A stretch of 63,819 nucleotides of DNA, the filler included. It is 5 parts of 5 records of this genome, joined end to end, with 100 filler letters (N's around TTAATTAATTAA, not from the genome) between each part and the next. Parts side by side here need not be neighbours in the genome. Positions count along the whole stretch, not along the records: positions 24,740 to 43,792 come from DRR723986_3146; positions 43,893 to 54,345 come from DRR723986_3151; 3 more parts are not named here. One strand, 5' to 3'. Shown here in pieces: positions 39,061-51,544 of the stretch. The notes beneath the pieces were generated by a model. That model was not told the origin of the DNA and searched no databases. It was given only the letters and a program-made list of their open reading frames with translations. The first letter of the stretch is position 1. Each line of letters opens with the position of its first letter. The translations under genes and the position numbers were made by a program.

Positions 39061-39579
39061 ATGTCCAGGCTACAACGCGTGTTTCTTGTCGGTCCCATGG
39101 GGGCCGGCAAGACAACCATTGGTAAGTACCTCGCGCAGCATTTAAAGCTGCAATTTGTCGATACGGATGCGGAGATCGAGCGTCGCTGCGGCGCCGATAT
39201 CCCGTGGATTTTTGACGTGGAAGGCGAACAGGGTTTTCGCGATCGCGAGGAACAGGTGGTGGAAGAGCTTACCCTGTGGGACAACGTGGTTCTGGCTACC
39301 GGCGGTGGCGTTGTGCTGCGGGAACCAAACCGACGAGCTCTCGGCTCGCGCGGCTTCGTCATCTACCTCCACGCGACTGTGCGTGAGCAGACCCGCCGTA
39401 CCCGAAACGACAAGCGCCGGCCTCTCCTGCAAGGAGGTAATCCGGCGGCGGTGCTGCGGGAATTGATGGCAATCCGCGATCCGCTTTACCGGGAAATAGC
39501 CGATCTGGTGATTGATACGGACGGTTGCAGCCCGAAAACCGTGGCCCAGCGCCTGGTTCGGGAGTTGCTGGAAGAGTAG
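39061..39579 (+). CDS. aroK: Shikimate kinase
   Basis: [30 protein letters not shown]. Confidence 0.96.
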   Translation: MSRLQRVFLVGPMGAGKTTIGKYLAQHLKLQFVDTDAEIERRCGADIPWIFDVEGEQGFRDREEQVVEELTLWDNVVLATGGGVVLREPNRRALGSRGFVIYLHATVREQTRRTRNDKRRPLLQGGNPAAVLRELMAIRDPLYREIADLVIDTDGCSPKTVAQRLVRELLEE

Positions 39580-39646
39580 GCACCGCACTGGCGACAGGGC
39601 GGCGAGCAGCGCTACTATAGGGCGCCTTGATACTCGCGGAACAGCC

Positions 39647-40729
39647 ATGTCCCTGATCATGCACACCCTGCATGTCGACCTCGACGAACGCAGTTACCCT
39701 ATTTACATCGGCCGGGACCTGCTCCAGGACGATGAACTGCTGCAACGGCACATAGCGGGCCAGCAGGTGGTCCTGGTGAGTAACGTCACCGTGGCACCTA
39801 TCTATATGGATCGGCTCAGGCACGCGCTCGGTGACCGCGCGCTGGTCACGGAAGTGATTCTCCCTGACGGCGAGCAGCACAAGACCCTGGAAACTTTCGG
39901 CGGCATTATCGACCAGGTCATGGCGGCGCGGCACAATCGCTCCACCACCTTCATCGCCCTTGGTGGCGGTGTGGTTGGCGATATCACCGGCTTTGCGGCC
40001 AGTTGTTACCAGCGCGGCGTGGCCTTTATCCAGGTGCCAACTACCCTGCTCGCCCAGGTCGACTCCTCGGTAGGCGGGAAGACTGCCGTCAACCACCCCC
40101 AGGGCAAGAACATGATCGGTGCGTTCTACCAGCCGCAGGCCGTGTTGATCGATATCCAGACGCTACACAGCCTGCCGGAGCGGGAGTTTGCCGCCGGGCT
40201 GGCGGAAGTGATCAAGTACGGGTTGATTGCAGACGCTCCATTTTACGACTGGCTGGAGCAGGACATGCCCCGGCTACTGGCGCGTGAGGAGGCTGCCCTT
40301 GCCGAGGCAATCGAACGCAGTTGTGCCCTGAAGGCGGATATCGTCGCCCGGGATGAGAGAGAGGGTGGCGTGCGGGCCATTCTCAACCTGGGCCACACCT
40401 TTGGTCACGCGATCGAGACCGCCCAGGGCTATGGCAGCTGGCTGCACGGTGAGGCCGTCGCCGCCGGAATGGTGCTCGCGCTGCGGCTCTCGGAGCAACG
40501 CGCGCAGATAGCGCCGGGAGAGAGTGATCGCCTGTGCCGCCTGTTACAGCGAGCCGGCCTGCCGGTCGCGCCGCCGCCGGGGATGACGAGTGCAGATTTC
40601 ATCGACCTGATGGGGCGGGACAAGAAAGTCATGGATGGCCGCCTGCGTCTGGTGCTGCTGCGTGCGCTTGGCGACGCTGAAGTGGTTGCCGATGTGAGCC
40701 AGGATGAGCTCGAGCAACTGCTTAACTAG
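39647..40729 (+). CDS. aroB: 3-dehydroquinate synthase
   Basis: [51 protein letters not shown]. Confidence 0.96.
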   Translation: MSLIMHTLHVDLDERSYPIYIGRDLLQDDELLQRHIAGQQVVLVSNVTVAPIYMDRLRHALGDRALVTEVILPDGEQHKTLETFGGIIDQVMAARHNRSTTFIALGGGVVGDITGFAASCYQRGVAFIQVPTTLLAQVDSSVGGKTAVNHPQGKNMIGAFYQPQAVLIDIQTLHSLPEREFAAGLAEVIKYGLIADAPFYDWLEQDMPRLLAREEAALAEAIERSCALKADIVARDEREGGVRAILNLGHTFGHAIETAQGYGSWLHGEAVAAGMVLALRLSEQRAQIAPGESDRLCRLLQRAGLPVAPPPGMTSADFIDLMGRDKKVMDGRLRLVLLRALGDAEVVADVSQDELEQLLN

Positions 40730-40879
40730 CGTCCCCGGATGGTGACTTCAGGGCCCATTTTGAGCGTTTGTCGCTGTATGGCCATCTGTGTAAAATAACT
40801 CCCCCTTCCGCCCGAGCTCTGTCGAGGCGCAGGGTTCGCCACGGTAAACCGTTGTTTTAATTGCCATTTTGGACCACTT

Positions 40880-43792
40880 ATGAGACCAGGCCTCTACAGA
40901 CCTGAAGATGTTCGTGACAATTGCGGATTTGGCCTGATCGCCCACACATCCGGCGATGCCAGCCATCGCCTGCTGCAGACCGCGATCGAGTCCCTGACCT
41001 GTATGACCCACCGGGGTGGTATAGCCGCAGATGGCAAGACCGGTGACGGCTGCGGCCTGCTGCTGCAAATGCCCGGGCCGTTCATGCGTACCCTCGCCCT
41101 GGAGACCTTTGGCCGCGACTTTGGCGACAATTTCGGCATCGGCCAGCTGTTTCTGAGCACCGACCCGGCGCGAGCCCAGGCCTCTCGGACCGCGATGGAG
41201 CAGGTCCTGCAGGAGCAGGGTCTGGAGGTTCTGGGTTGGCGCAAGGTGCCGATCGACAGCGAGGTGTGTGGTCCGATCGCGTTGGCCGCGCTGCCGGTCA
41301 TTGAGCAGGTGTTCATTGATGCCCAGGGCGTCAGTGAGATTGAGCTCTCCACCAAGCTGTTCGTGGCCCGGCGCAAGGCTGAAATTGCCAACGAGGGGGA
41401 CGAGGAGTTTTACATCTGCAGTCTCTCCGGGCGGGTTGTGTCCTACAAGGGGCTGGTGATGCCAGTCGATCTGCCGCGCTTTTATCACGACCTCAGCGAC
41501 GAGCGCCTGACCACAGCAATCTGCGTATTCCACCAGCGGTTCTCCACCAATACCATGCCGCGCTGGCCGCTTGCCCAGCCGTTCCGCCTGCTTGCCCACA
41601 ACGGCGAGATCAATACCATCGATGGCAACCGTAACTGGGCCGAGGCGCGTACCGCCTGCTTTGAGAGCGAGCGCCTGCCGAACATCCGCGATATCGCGCC
41701 GCTGGTAAATCGCACCGGCTCGGATTCCTCCAGCCTGGACAATATGCTGGACGTGCTGCTTACCGGGGGCGTCGATATGGCGAGGGCCCTGCGTATGCTG
41801 GTGCCGCCGGCCTGGCAGAACCTGGAGTCGATGGACCCGGATCTCAAGGCCTTCTACGAGTACCACTCGATGCACATGGAGCCCTGGGACGGGCCCGCGG
41901 GCATCGTGCTCACCGACGGGCGCTATGCGGTTTGCCTGCTGGACCGCAACGGGCTGCGGCCGGCACGCTGGGTAAAAACCAAGGACGGCTTTATCACCGT
42001 GGCGTCCGAAATCGGTACCTATGCCTACCGCAATGAGGACGTGGTCGCCAAAGGCCGGGTCGGCCCCGGCCAGATCCTGATGGTGGATACCCATACCGGT
42101 GAACTGCTGCACACCGAGGAAATCGACAATCGCCTGAAGAGCCGCCATCCGTACAAGAAGTGGCTCAAGGAACATGCCCAACGCATCGAGGGCACGTTCG
42201 GCGGGGAAGTTGCGCCCGGGATTGAGGCAGGGCGCATCGATGCCTTCATGAAACTGTTCCAGGTCAGCTTCGAGGAGCGCGACCAGGTGCTGCGACCGCT
42301 GGCGGAGTCCGGCAACGAGGCCGTGGGTTCAATGGGTGACGACACGCCGATGGCGGTCTTGTCGCGCCAGCAGCGTTCGCTGTACGACTACTTCCGACAG
42401 AAATTTGCCCAGGTCACCAACCCGCCGATCGATCCGCTGCGGGAAACCATCGTCATGTCGCTGGAAACCGACCTCGGCGGCGAAAAGAATATTTTCCACG
42501 AGGGACCAGAGCACGCGGACCGGGTGATCCTGACCTCGCCGGTGCTATCCCAGGGCAAATTCAATACCTTGCTCCAGCTGGAGCGGCCCGGTTTCAAAGT
42601 CCATGAGATCGATGGTACCTACGACCCGGCGGAAACAGATCTGAAAACGGCGCTGCAGAACCTGACGGTAGCGGTGGAACACGCGGTGCGCGACGGCGCG
42701 ACGATTGTGATCCTGTCCGACCGCGGTATCTCCGAGACGCGCCTGCCAGTGCACTCCCTGCTGGTGACCGGCGCCGTACACCACCACCTGATTCGCCAGG
42801 GCCTGCGCTGTGACGCCAACCTGGTGATTGAAACCGCCAGCGCCCGTGACTCCCACCAGATTGCCTGTCTGCTGGGATTCGGCGCCACCGCGGTCTACCC
42901 CTATCTCGCCTACAGCGTGCTGGAGGACCTGATCCGCGGCGGAGAGCTGCTCGGTGAGCCCAGCGCCTGTTACAAGAACTACCGCAAGGGCATCAACAAG
43001 GGCCTGTTGAAGATCATGTCCAAGATGGGTATTTCCGCGGTGAGTTCCTATCGCGGTGCCCAGCTGTACGAGGCGGTTGGCCTGGCCAGCGAGGTAGTCG
43101 ATATTGCCTTCCGCGGGGTCTCCTCCCGAATCGAGGGCGCGGGCTTTGCGGAACTGGAGCAGGACCAGAAGTTGCTGGCGATGCAAGCCTGGTCGCGGCG
43201 CAAGCCCCTGCAACAGGGCGGCCTGCTCAAGTACGTGCACGGGCAGGAGTATCACGCCTTCAACCCGGATGTGGTCATGACCTTGCAGCAGGCGGTGGCC
43301 AGTGGCGATTACGCAACCTATCTGCGCTACGCGAGCCTGGTCAACGAGCGGCCGGTGGCCACCATCCGTGACCTCCTCAAGCCGGTAGAAGCGGCACAAG
43401 CGCTGCCACTGGACGCGGTGGAACCGATTGAAAGCATCATGCGCCGCTTCGATTCCGCGGGCATGTCTCTGGGCGCTCTCAGCCCTGAAGCACACGAGGC
43501 GCTGGCCACGGCGATGAATCGGGTCGGCGCCCGGTCCAATTCCGGCGAGGGCGGGGAAGACCCGGCTCGCTTTGGCACCGAGCGGGTGTCCAAGATCAAG
43601 CAGATCGCCTCGGGACGCTTCGGAGTAACGCCCCACTACCTGGTCAACGCCGAGGTCCTGCAGATCAAGGTCGCCCAGGGCGCCAAGCCGGGTGAGGGCG
43701 GCCAGCTGCCGGGAGGCAAGGTCAACGACCTTATTGCCCGGTTGCGCTACTCGGTGCCGGGGGTGACGCTGATCTCGCCGCCGCCGCACCAC
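40880..43792 (+). CDS. gltB: Glutamate synthase large subunit (partial)
   Basis: DNCGFG (N-terminal Cys), [53 protein letters not shown]. Confidence 0.97.
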
Positions 43793-43892
43793 NNNNNNNN
43801 NNNNNNNNNNNNNNNNNNNNNNNNNNNNNNNNNNNNTTAATTAATTAANNNNNNNNNNNNNNNNNNNNNNNNNNNNNNNNNNNNNNNNNNNN
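43793..43892. other. Artificial contig spacer
   Basis: N44-TTAATTAATTAA-N44. Confidence 0.98.
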
Positions 43893-43993
43893 CCCGCTGT
43901 TTCCTGATCGGCGAAAGCCTGATGCGTCAAGATGATGTCGCAACCGCAACGCGCGATCTGCTCGACAATCCACTGGTTCCGGGGGCGATGTAA
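43893..43993 (+). CDS. trpC: Indole-3-glycerol phosphate synthase, C-terminal fragment
   Basis: Manual translation [23 protein letters not shown]...* (FLIGESLM motif); TAATG-coupled to moaC. Confidence 0.85.
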
Positions 43994-44466
43994 TGGCGCT
44001 GACGCATTTTGACGGCAAGGGCGATGCCCATATGGTTGATGTGTCGGACAAGGCCGTGACCTCGCGGATTGCCACGGCTGTCACTTGGATCAAAATGGGT
44101 CAGGACGCGTTTGATATCATTGCCGAAGGACGTGCCAAAAAAGGCGATGTTCTGGGCGTTGCACGGCTGGCGGGTATCATGGGTGCGAAAAAGACCCCCG
44201 ACTTGATCCCCTTGTGTCACCCACTGCCTATTACAAAAGCTGCCGTTGAGCTGACACTTGACCCGGACTTGCCCGGGGTACACATCGAAGCCACGGTTAA
44301 GACCACAGGGCAAACCGGCGTTGAGATGGAAGCGTTGACCGCCGCCTCGGTTGCTGCATTGACCGTGTATGACATGACCAAAGCGGTTGATAAGTCGATG
44401 GAAATTGGTGGGCTTCGCGTCGTTCTGAAAGACGGTGGGAAATCCGGGCGTTATCAGGCGACCTGA
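43993..44466 (+). CDS. moaC: Cyclic pyranopterin monophosphate synthase MoaC
   Basis: [45 protein letters not shown]. Confidence 0.97.
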   Translation: MALTHFDGKGDAHMVDVSDKAVTSRIATAVTWIKMGQDAFDIIAEGRAKKGDVLGVARLAGIMGAKKTPDLIPLCHPLPITKAAVELTLDPDLPGVHIEATVKTTGQTGVEMEALTAASVAALTVYDMTKAVDKSMEIGGLRVVLKDGGKSGRYQAT

Positions 44467-44507
44467 GTTCCCATTTTTTTTCGGAATCCTGCAGACAAGG
44501 AAGACAC

Positions 44508-45680
44508 ATGATCACTGTAGAAGAGGCGCAGGATCTCCTGTTTGGCTTGGTTTCTCCGCTTGAGGTGGAATTTGTCCCCCTAGCCAACGCGGCTGGGCGT
44601 GTTCTGGCACAGGATGTTGCCGCGACACGAAATCAGCCGCCTTTTGCAGCGTCGTCGATGGATGGCTATGCCATGAATCGCGACGAGGTAGAACTGCATG
44701 CGATGTTCAAGGTTGTCGGTGAATCCGCCGCTGGTCACGGGTTCGCAGGCACGGTGGGTGCAGGTCAGGCCGTTCGGATCTTTACCGGGGCGCCAGTGCC
44801 AGAAGGAACCGATTTTGTCGTTATTCAAGAGAACATAACCCGACGGGGGGATGTGATCACGATAACAGACGACCCTGGGACAAAAAGCAATATCCGCGCG
44901 GCTGGCGTCGACTTTGAGATCGGCACACGTATCAAAGCCCCCCGCCTGTTGGCTGCGCAAGACATCGCATTGATGGCGTCGATGAACGTTCCCCAAATCC
45001 CTTTGACCCGAAAACCCGTTGTCGCATTGATCTCGACCGGGGATGAATTGGTCATGCCGGGGGAAACGCCGGGTCCAGATCAGATCATCGCATCAAACAC
45101 CTTTGGCCTTAAGGCAATGCTTGAGGGTCTTGGCGCGCAGGTGCGTGTTTTGCCCATCGCGCGTGACACTGCACTGTCTTTAAAGACCGCTTTTGGCCTA
45201 GCCAGAGATGCGGATCTGATTATCACGATTGGTGGCGCATCTGTGGGCGACCATGACCTCGTTGGACCCGTGGCCCAAGATTTAGGGATGGAACAATCCT
45301 TTTACAAAATCAAAATGCGCCCCGGCAAACCGTTGATGGCCGGTTGTATGGGTCACAGTGTTTTAATTGGTCTTCCGGGTAATCCAGTGTCGGCCATGGT
45401 CTGTGGTCACGTCTTTCTCGCGCCGGTGATCCGCCGCATGTTGGGATTGAAAGTCACTGTTCTTCCGCTGCAAACCGCAACGCTGTCCCATCCTTTGGAT
45501 GCGAATGGCCCGCGCCAGCACTATATGCGTGCACGTGTTGAGGATGGGCAAATGACAGTGTTTGAAAATCAAGACAGCTCTTTGTTGACCGTTCTCGCAG
45601 ATGCCAATGCATTGGCCATGCGGCCAGCATCGGACCCGGCATGTGAAAGCGGGCAAGTCATACGCTACTTGCCAATGTAA
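44508..45680 (+). CDS. moeA: Molybdopterin molybdotransferase MoeA (glp)
   Basis: PPFAASSMDGYA, IFTGAP.P, STGDEL, GGASVGDHD, RPGKP, LPGNPVS. Confidence 0.96.
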   Translation: MITVEEAQDLLFGLVSPLEVEFVPLANAAGRVLAQDVAATRNQPPFAASSMDGYAMNRDEVELHAMFKVVGESAAGHGFAGTVGAGQAVRIFTGAPVPEGTDFVVIQENITRRGDVITITDDPGTKSNIRAAGVDFEIGTRIKAPRLLAAQDIALMASMNVPQIPLTRKPVVALISTGDELVMPGETPGPDQIIASNTFGLKAMLEGLGAQVRVLPIARDTALSLKTAFGLARDADLIITIGGASVGDHDLVGPVAQDLGMEQSFYKIKMRPGKPLMAGCMGHSVLIGLPGNPVSAMVCGHVFLAPVIRRMLGLKVTVLPLQTATLSHPLDANGPRQHYMRARVEDGQMTVFENQDSSLLTVLADANALAMRPASDPACESGQVIRYLPM

Positions 45681-45698
45681 GAGCGGCGAACATCCCCA

Positions 45699-45727
45699 TT
45701 GACACAAAACAAGAACATGCGTAGAAC
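45699..45727 (+). promoter_or_regulatory. lexA promoter with an alphaproteobacterial SOS box overlapping the -10
   Basis: TTGACA(45699)-N17-TAGAAC; GAAC-ATGCGTA-GAAC (GAAC-N7-GAAC) at 45713-45727. Confidence 0.85.
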
Positions 45728-45759
45728 ATTCGTAAACGGATGAACAAGAGGTATGCGCC

Positions 45760-46461
45760 ATGCTGACCAAGAAGCAACTGGATTTGTTGGAATTTATCCA
45801 TAAACGGTTGCAGGCGGACGGCGTGCCTCCCAGTTTTGATGAAATGAAGGTCGCGTTGGACCTGCGTTCCAAATCTGGCATCCACAGATTGATCACCGCA
45901 CTCGAAGAACGCGGCTTTATTCGCCGCCTAGCCCATCGGGCGCGTGCGATTGAAATCGTGAAACTACCCGAAAGCCTTGGCGGTGCGTCGACCAGTGGTG
46001 GTTTTAACCCCCGTGTTATAGATGGCGACAAACCTGAGGCGGGAAAACCCGCAAACAGTGATCCCGTTGTTGTCCATGCGATCGAGTTACCCGTTATGGG
46101 GCGGATTGCAGCCGGTGTTCCAATCGAAGCGATCAGCCAAGTGTCGCATCAAGTTGCTGTGCCCAGTGGCATGGTTTCTGGTGCTGGGGAACATTACGCG
46201 CTTGAAGTCAAAGGCGACTCGATGATCGATGCGGGCATCAATAACGGTGACGTCGTTGTCATTCGAGATACAGCGACCGCTGATAATGGCGACATTGTTG
46301 TCGCCCTGGTCGAAGGTCACGAAGCAACACTAAAGCGCTTCTTTCGACGCGGGAATGCCATCGCACTCGAAGCTGCAAATCCGGCTTACGAAACCCGCGT
46401 CTTTCCCGAAGATCAGGTAAAGGTGCAAGGGCGTTTGGTTGGTTTGATCCGAACTTACTGA
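45760..46461 (+). CDS. lexA: SOS repressor LexA
   Basis: MLTKKQ..., PPSFDEM...[14 protein letters not shown] cleavage site, GDSM (Ser), TLK (Lys). Confidence 0.97.
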   Translation: MLTKKQLDLLEFIHKRLQADGVPPSFDEMKVALDLRSKSGIHRLITALEERGFIRRLAHRARAIEIVKLPESLGGASTSGGFNPRVIDGDKPEAGKPANSDPVVVHAIELPVMGRIAAGVPIEAISQVSHQVAVPSGMVSGAGEHYALEVKGDSMIDAGINNGDVVVIRDTATADNGDIVVALVEGHEATLKRFFRRGNAIALEAANPAYETRVFPEDQVKVQGRLVGLIRTY

Positions 46462-46468
46462 GTTCGGA

Positions 46469-48493
46469 TCACTTGTTCTTTCGATTCCACAATCGATTGC
46501 CGGACAGGGATTTCGCCGTAACGATCCCCTTTGGCCCCAAGGCCAAACTGCCGGTTTGTAAGAGGCGTTTTGCATCGTAGACCTCGCAAGGCCCATCCAA
46601 ATCAAGCGGAACGGCGGAAATAACCAAGTCTTTGGCAGAACAGCTTGTTAGAGATTGTGCCGCGCGTTTTCCTGTAACGTGAATGATTCTTGCGCCGTCG
46701 TATTCCATGGTTCTGAGTTTCCCCTGCCCCCCGGGCCATCTTTCTGCTGCCACCGTCTGCTTGGCGCCATCGCCGTCGTTCTCCAACCAAACTTTTGCAA
46801 TAAATCCATTCCCCTTAGATTTACTGAGGGCCCTGCCCTCATCCGTCATGACTCCGATCAATCCGCCCGTTCCTGCGATCAGAACAGCAGGACGATGCGC
46901 AAAGCCCCAACCGGAAAACGCGCAAACAATTGCAACAGATCCTGCCCATCTCATTCTGCCTCGCCAAAGAACGACCCACAGAAAACCAAAGGCAAACACC
47001 GGGAGGATCCACGATGCTGGCGTCGGCGCATAACCTTGAGTTCCGGGTAGGTTTGACACCCATTCGGCCACACTCAGGATCCAGACCAGGCCAAATCCCA
47101 TCAGGTCTAACCCGATCCAATCCAGCCCCAGTGGAAAGAGCACAACCGCTAAGACGGCTGCGGGAATCACCAGAATCCCCATCAACGGGACCGAAAGCAA
47201 GTTTGCCACCAATCCATAGTGCGCCATCGTGTTGAAATGCGCCGCCCCGATCGGAGCCGTCGCCAGCCCAGCCACCACAGAGGACAGCACCACGCCCATT
47301 ACCGCAGACACCCATCGTGGCCCAAATGAGATTTCCCTGTCTCTGATCACACCAAACACGGCAACCAATGCCGTTGTGGCAGCAAAGGACATTTGAAACC
47401 CGGGCCCAAGCAACGCCTCAGGTCGGAGTAGCAAAACGATCACGGCAGCCACCGCCACGGCGCGTAACGATAGTGCCCGCCGATCTACCAACACCGCGCA
47501 CAACATCACTGCCACCATAACAAACGCCCGCTGAGTCGCGACATTTCCACCGGACAAAACAAGATACACTGAGGCGACGATCAACGCCCCGCAGGCCGCA
47601 AGTTTCTTAACCGGCAAACGCAATGCCAGTGGTGGAAACAAAGATATGCCTATGCGCAAGGCTGAGAAAATGAACCCAGCCAAAAGCCCCATGTGCAATC
47701 CAGAAATGGCCAATAAGTGCGCAAGGTTACTTGTCCTCAGGTCTTGCATTGTTTTTTGACTGATCGAACTACGGTCACCGGCTGTGATGGCTGCTGCAAA
47801 CCCACCGATGTCTCCCGTCAATCGATCGCGCACATGTTCAGAAATCGCTAGTCGCATCCGCAACACACGCAAATCACCAGAAGACCGATTGGCGGGCTCA
47901 AGAGTTAATACAGGCGTCCGAGAATACCCAACGCCCCCCAACTGTTTGAACCACGCATATCGGCGAAAATCAAAGCCGCCAGGTTCGACTGGCCCCTGTG
48001 GTGGCGAGACATGGCCGGTTGTCATAATCTTTTGCCCCGGCTCCAGTTCTGCCGCTCCACCATGCAAAGAAATACGAACTCGTTCCGGCACTTTGTCAAA
48101 CGCAACCCTATTCAGCCGAACCTGATCAAGTGTAATCCGCTGAGCATCTGACGCAGAACGATCTATGGCGACGATGCGCCCTTCGATCGGCCCATAATAC
48201 CGCCAATTCAGGCTTGGAGCTGAAACCGAATGGCTTCGAACACCTGCCCAAATCAGACCGGTCACACTCAGCGCGATCGCCCATGCCAACGGTGCCCATG
48301 CACCTGGCCATCGCACCGCGAAAACAGCAAACAAAATCGCCACGCAAGTCAGCAGAGCATAGGCAACCAAACCCGGCTCTTGAGGCAGAGCAAAGTATCC
48401 ACCAATCCCCACGGCCAAGAAGACAGGCACCCAAGGAAACAAGTATCCCTGTTGATACATCACTGTCACTTTGAGCTGCAGCAGAATGCGCAT
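46469..48493 (-). CDS. comEC: ComEC/Rec2 DNA-uptake membrane channel
   Basis: PGGFDF, AHLLAISGLHM, ATQRA, GFQMSF, ANL motifs; many TM helices. Confidence 0.92.
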   Translation of the reverse strand: MRILLQLKVTVMYQQGYLFPWVPVFLAVGIGGYFALPQEPGLVAYALLTCVAILFAVFAVRWPGAWAPLAWAIALSVTGLIWAGVRSHSVSAPSLNWRYYGPIEGRIVAIDRSASDAQRITLDQVRLNRVAFDKVPERVRISLHGGAAELEPGQKIMTTGHVSPPQGPVEPGGFDFRRYAWFKQLGGVGYSRTPVLTLEPANRSSGDLRVLRMRLAISEHVRDRLTGDIGGFAAAITAGDRSSISQKTMQDLRTSNLAHLLAISGLHMGLLAGFIFSALRIGISLFPPLALRLPVKKLAACGALIVASVYLVLSGGNVATQRAFVMVAVMLCAVLVDRRALSLRAVAVAAVIVLLLRPEALLGPGFQMSFAATTALVAVFGVIRDREISFGPRWVSAVMGVVLSSVVAGLATAPIGAAHFNTMAHYGLVANLLSVPLMGILVIPAAVLAVVLFPLGLDWIGLDLMGFGLVWILSVAEWVSNLPGTQGYAPTPASWILPVFAFGFLWVVLWRGRMRWAGSVAIVCAFSGWGFAHRPAVLIAGTGGLIGVMTDEGRALSKSKGNGFIAKVWLENDGDGAKQTVAAERWPGGQGKLRTMEYDGARIIHVTGKRAAQSLTSCSAKDLVISAVPLDLDGPCEVYDAKRLLQTGSLALGPKGIVTAKSLSGNRLWNRKNK

Positions 48494-48572
48494 GGTTGCT
48501 CCCGTCGGTCCGGCTCGCTAGACAGGCGTTAACGCTATCCGCTCCACAGTTACCAAAAGGTAAACGACAACA

Positions 48573-49988
48573 ATGTCAGACCAAGTCGTCACCCGTTTCG
48601 CCCCGTCTCCCACCGGTTTCCTGCACATCGGCGGCGCCCGTACCGCATTGTTCAACTGGCTCTACGCTCGTGGACGCGGCGGCAAGTTTCTTTTGCGGAT
48701 CGAAGACACAGATCGCGAACGCTCAACCCCAGAGGCGACAGCGGCGATTCTGCAAGGTATGGACTGGCTCGGCTTGGATCATGATGGCGAAGTGATCAGC
48801 CAATTCGAAGGCGCAGCGCGCCATGCCGAAGTCGCGCATGATCTGCTGGCCCAAGGTAAAGCTTACCAGTGCTTCTCAACACAGGATGAAATTGCCGCAT
48901 TTCGTGATGCAGCCCGGGCCGAAGGCAAGTCCACTCTGTTTCATAGCCCTTGGCGCGATGCAGATGAGACGACGCATCCTGATGCCCCCTATGTTGTTCG
49001 GATCAAAGCGCCGCTCGAAGGGACTACGGTCATTCATGATCAGGTGCAGGGCGATGTAACGATCCGCAACGATCAGCTGGATGACATGGTGCTGCTACGG
49101 TCGGATGGCACGCCGGTCTATATGCTGGCAGTTGTCGTTGATGACCATGATATGGGCGTGACCCATGTAATCCGGGGGGATGATCACCTCAACAATGCCG
49201 CGCGCCAGATGATGATCTACAACGCCATGGAATGGAACGTCCCTGTCTGGGCACACATACCGCTGATTCACGGCCAAGATGGTAAAAAACTGTCAAAACG
49301 CCATGGTGCATTGGGTGCGCAGGAATACCAGGCCATGGGATACCCCGCCGCTGGGATGCGCAATTACTTGACCCGATTGGGTTGGAGTCACGGGGATGAC
49401 GAGTTTTTTACAGATGCTCAGGCCAAAGACTGGTTTGATCTGGGGGGAATCGGCAAAAGCCCCGCACGATTTGACGTCAAAAAGCTGGAAAACCTCTGTG
49501 GACAGCACATTGCAATTTCAGATGACGCTGCGTTGCGGCATGAGATACAGGCCTTTCTGACCGCAGCAGAACAACCCGCTCTCACTGAGACACAATCAAG
49601 TGATCTAGAACGTGCGATGTATTGCCTCAAGGACCGCGCGAAAACATTCCCGGAACTCCTTGAAAAAGCTGTATTTGCACTGGTTTCACGCCCAATTTCA
49701 CCAGATCAAAAGGCGTCCAAAGCCCTGTCAACGGTATCCAATGGTATACTGGATGAATTGACGCCGCAGTTGCAAAATGTTAGCTGGACCCGAGATGAAC
49801 TGGAGGCGGCTCTGAATGCTTTTGCCGAAGCACAGGGTACAAAGTTCGGGAAACTGGCAGGTCCACTACGGGCTGCGCTGGCGGGTCGTGCTGTGACACC
49901 TTCGGTATTTGACATGATGCTTGTGCTAGGACGCGATGAAACCCTGGCACGGCTCTCAGACGCAGCGATTTTAGCCCGAACTTCATAA
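48573..49988 (+). CDS. gltX: Glutamate--tRNA ligase
   Basis: [32 protein letters not shown]. Confidence 0.97.
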   Translation: MSDQVVTRFAPSPTGFLHIGGARTALFNWLYARGRGGKFLLRIEDTDRERSTPEATAAILQGMDWLGLDHDGEVISQFEGAARHAEVAHDLLAQGKAYQCFSTQDEIAAFRDAARAEGKSTLFHSPWRDADETTHPDAPYVVRIKAPLEGTTVIHDQVQGDVTIRNDQLDDMVLLRSDGTPVYMLAVVVDDHDMGVTHVIRGDDHLNNAARQMMIYNAMEWNVPVWAHIPLIHGQDGKKLSKRHGALGAQEYQAMGYPAAGMRNYLTRLGWSHGDDEFFTDAQAKDWFDLGGIGKSPARFDVKKLENLCGQHIAISDDAALRHEIQAFLTAAEQPALTETQSSDLERAMYCLKDRAKTFPELLEKAVFALVSRPISPDQKASKALSTVSNGILDELTPQLQNVSWTRDELEAALNAFAEAQGTKFGKLAGPLRAALAGRAVTPSVFDMMLVLGRDETLARLSDAAILARTS

Positions 49989-50096
49989 TCGGGTAACGCT
50001 GCTCCGCTACGACCGGTCCTGCGCCTTGATGCGCAGGCGCTGCCCGCACGGGTCAGGCGATGCCCCGCCCCGTGCCTGTAAGAGGAAGGGACATCT

Positions 50097-51392
50097 ATGA
50101 CCGAGAACAATAAAACGGCCACTCTGAATTTGAATGGCGAATCCTACGAGCTGCCTATCTTTTCACCGACCGTCGGGCCCGACGTGATCGACATCCGCAA
50201 GCTGTACGCTGCTGCTGGCGTATTTACCTATGATCCGGGTTTCACATCGACCGCCAGCTGCGACAGCACCATCACCTATATTGATGGCGAAAAAGGTGAA
50301 CTGCTTCACCGTGGCTATCCAATTGACCAACTCGCAGGGAAGTCGCATTTCCTCGAGGTGTGTTATCTGCTTTTGTACGGTGTTCTGCCAACTGCAGAAG
50401 ATCTGGAAAACTTTGAAACAACCATCACTCGTCACACCATGGTGCACGAGCAGATGATCAATTTCTTCCGTGGCTTCCGTCGTGACGCGCATCCGATGGC
50501 CATCATCGTGGGTGTTGTGGGTGCAATGTCTGCATTCTACCACGACTCGACGGATATCAATGATCCCCGTCAGCGTGAAGTTGCATCGCATCGTCTGATC
50601 GCAAAGATGCCCACAATTGCTGCTATGGCGTACAAGTACACAATTGGTCAGCCGTTTGTGTATCCGCGCAATGACCTGGATTATGCTTCAAACTTCCTGC
50701 GCATGTGCTTTGCTGTTCCTTGTGAAGAATACGAAGTAAACCCGATCCTGAGCCGTGCAATGGACCGGATCTTTACGCTTCACGCCGATCACGAACAAAA
50801 TGCATCGACATCAACTGTGCGTTTGGCGTCGTCTTCTGGTGCAAACCCGTTTGCCTGTATCGCCGCTGGCATTGCCTGCCTTTGGGGTCCCGCTCACGGT
50901 GGTGCGAACCAGGCTTGCCTTGAGATGCTCAAGGAAATCGGCACCGTTGATCGCATTCCAGAGTTCATTGAACGCGCCAAAGACAAAGATGATCCGTTCC
51001 GTCTGATGGGTTTTGGTCACCGCGTTTACAAAAACTTCGACCCACGCGCGACTGTGATGAAGCAATCCGCAGACGAAGTTTTGGACCTGCTGGGTGTTGA
51101 AAACAATCCGTTGCTGCAAGTTGCCAAAGAGCTGGAGCGTGTGGCGCTGAGTGATCCATATTTCGCAGAGAAGAAGCTGTTCCCGAACGTTGACTTCTAC
51201 TCGGGCATTATTCTCGAAGCGATGGGCTTCCCCACATCGATGTTCACGCCGATCTTTGCGTTGTCGCGCACCGTTGGTTGGATTTCGCAGTGGAAAGAGA
51301 TGATTGGCGATCCGCAAAACAAAATCGGTCGTCCTCGTCAGCTGTATCTTGGTGAATCACAGCGCGATTATATTGATATCGAGAATCGCTAA
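50097..51392 (+). CDS. gltA: Citrate synthase (type II)
   Basis: [44 protein letters not shown]. Confidence 0.97.
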   Translation: MTENNKTATLNLNGESYELPIFSPTVGPDVIDIRKLYAAAGVFTYDPGFTSTASCDSTITYIDGEKGELLHRGYPIDQLAGKSHFLEVCYLLLYGVLPTAEDLENFETTITRHTMVHEQMINFFRGFRRDAHPMAIIVGVVGAMSAFYHDSTDINDPRQREVASHRLIAKMPTIAAMAYKYTIGQPFVYPRNDLDYASNFLRMCFAVPCEEYEVNPILSRAMDRIFTLHADHEQNASTSTVRLASSSGANPFACIAAGIACLWGPAHGGANQACLEMLKEIGTVDRIPEFIERAKDKDDPFRLMGFGHRVYKNFDPRATVMKQSADEVLDLLGVENNPLLQVAKELERVALSDPYFAEKKLFPNVDFYSGIILEAMGFPTSMFTPIFALSRTVGWISQWKEMIGDPQNKIGRPRQLYLGESQRDYIDIENR

Positions 51393-51415
51393 GGCGCATC
51401 CTTTGAAAGCTTCCT

Positions 51416-51451
51416 AAGGCCCCGCAGATACCGCTCTGCGGGGCCTTTTCT
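51416..51451 (+). terminator. Intrinsic terminator after gltA
   Basis: AAGGCCCCGCAGA-TACCGC-TCTGCGGGGCCTT-TTCT. Confidence 0.88.
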
Positions 51452-51544
51452 TTGGCACAACATTTCCACAAAGTTTTACAAAAAAACGCCGCATTTCCCG
51501 GATCTAATGATCCTGGATATATTCTCTTCCTGTGGGCGTTTCTT

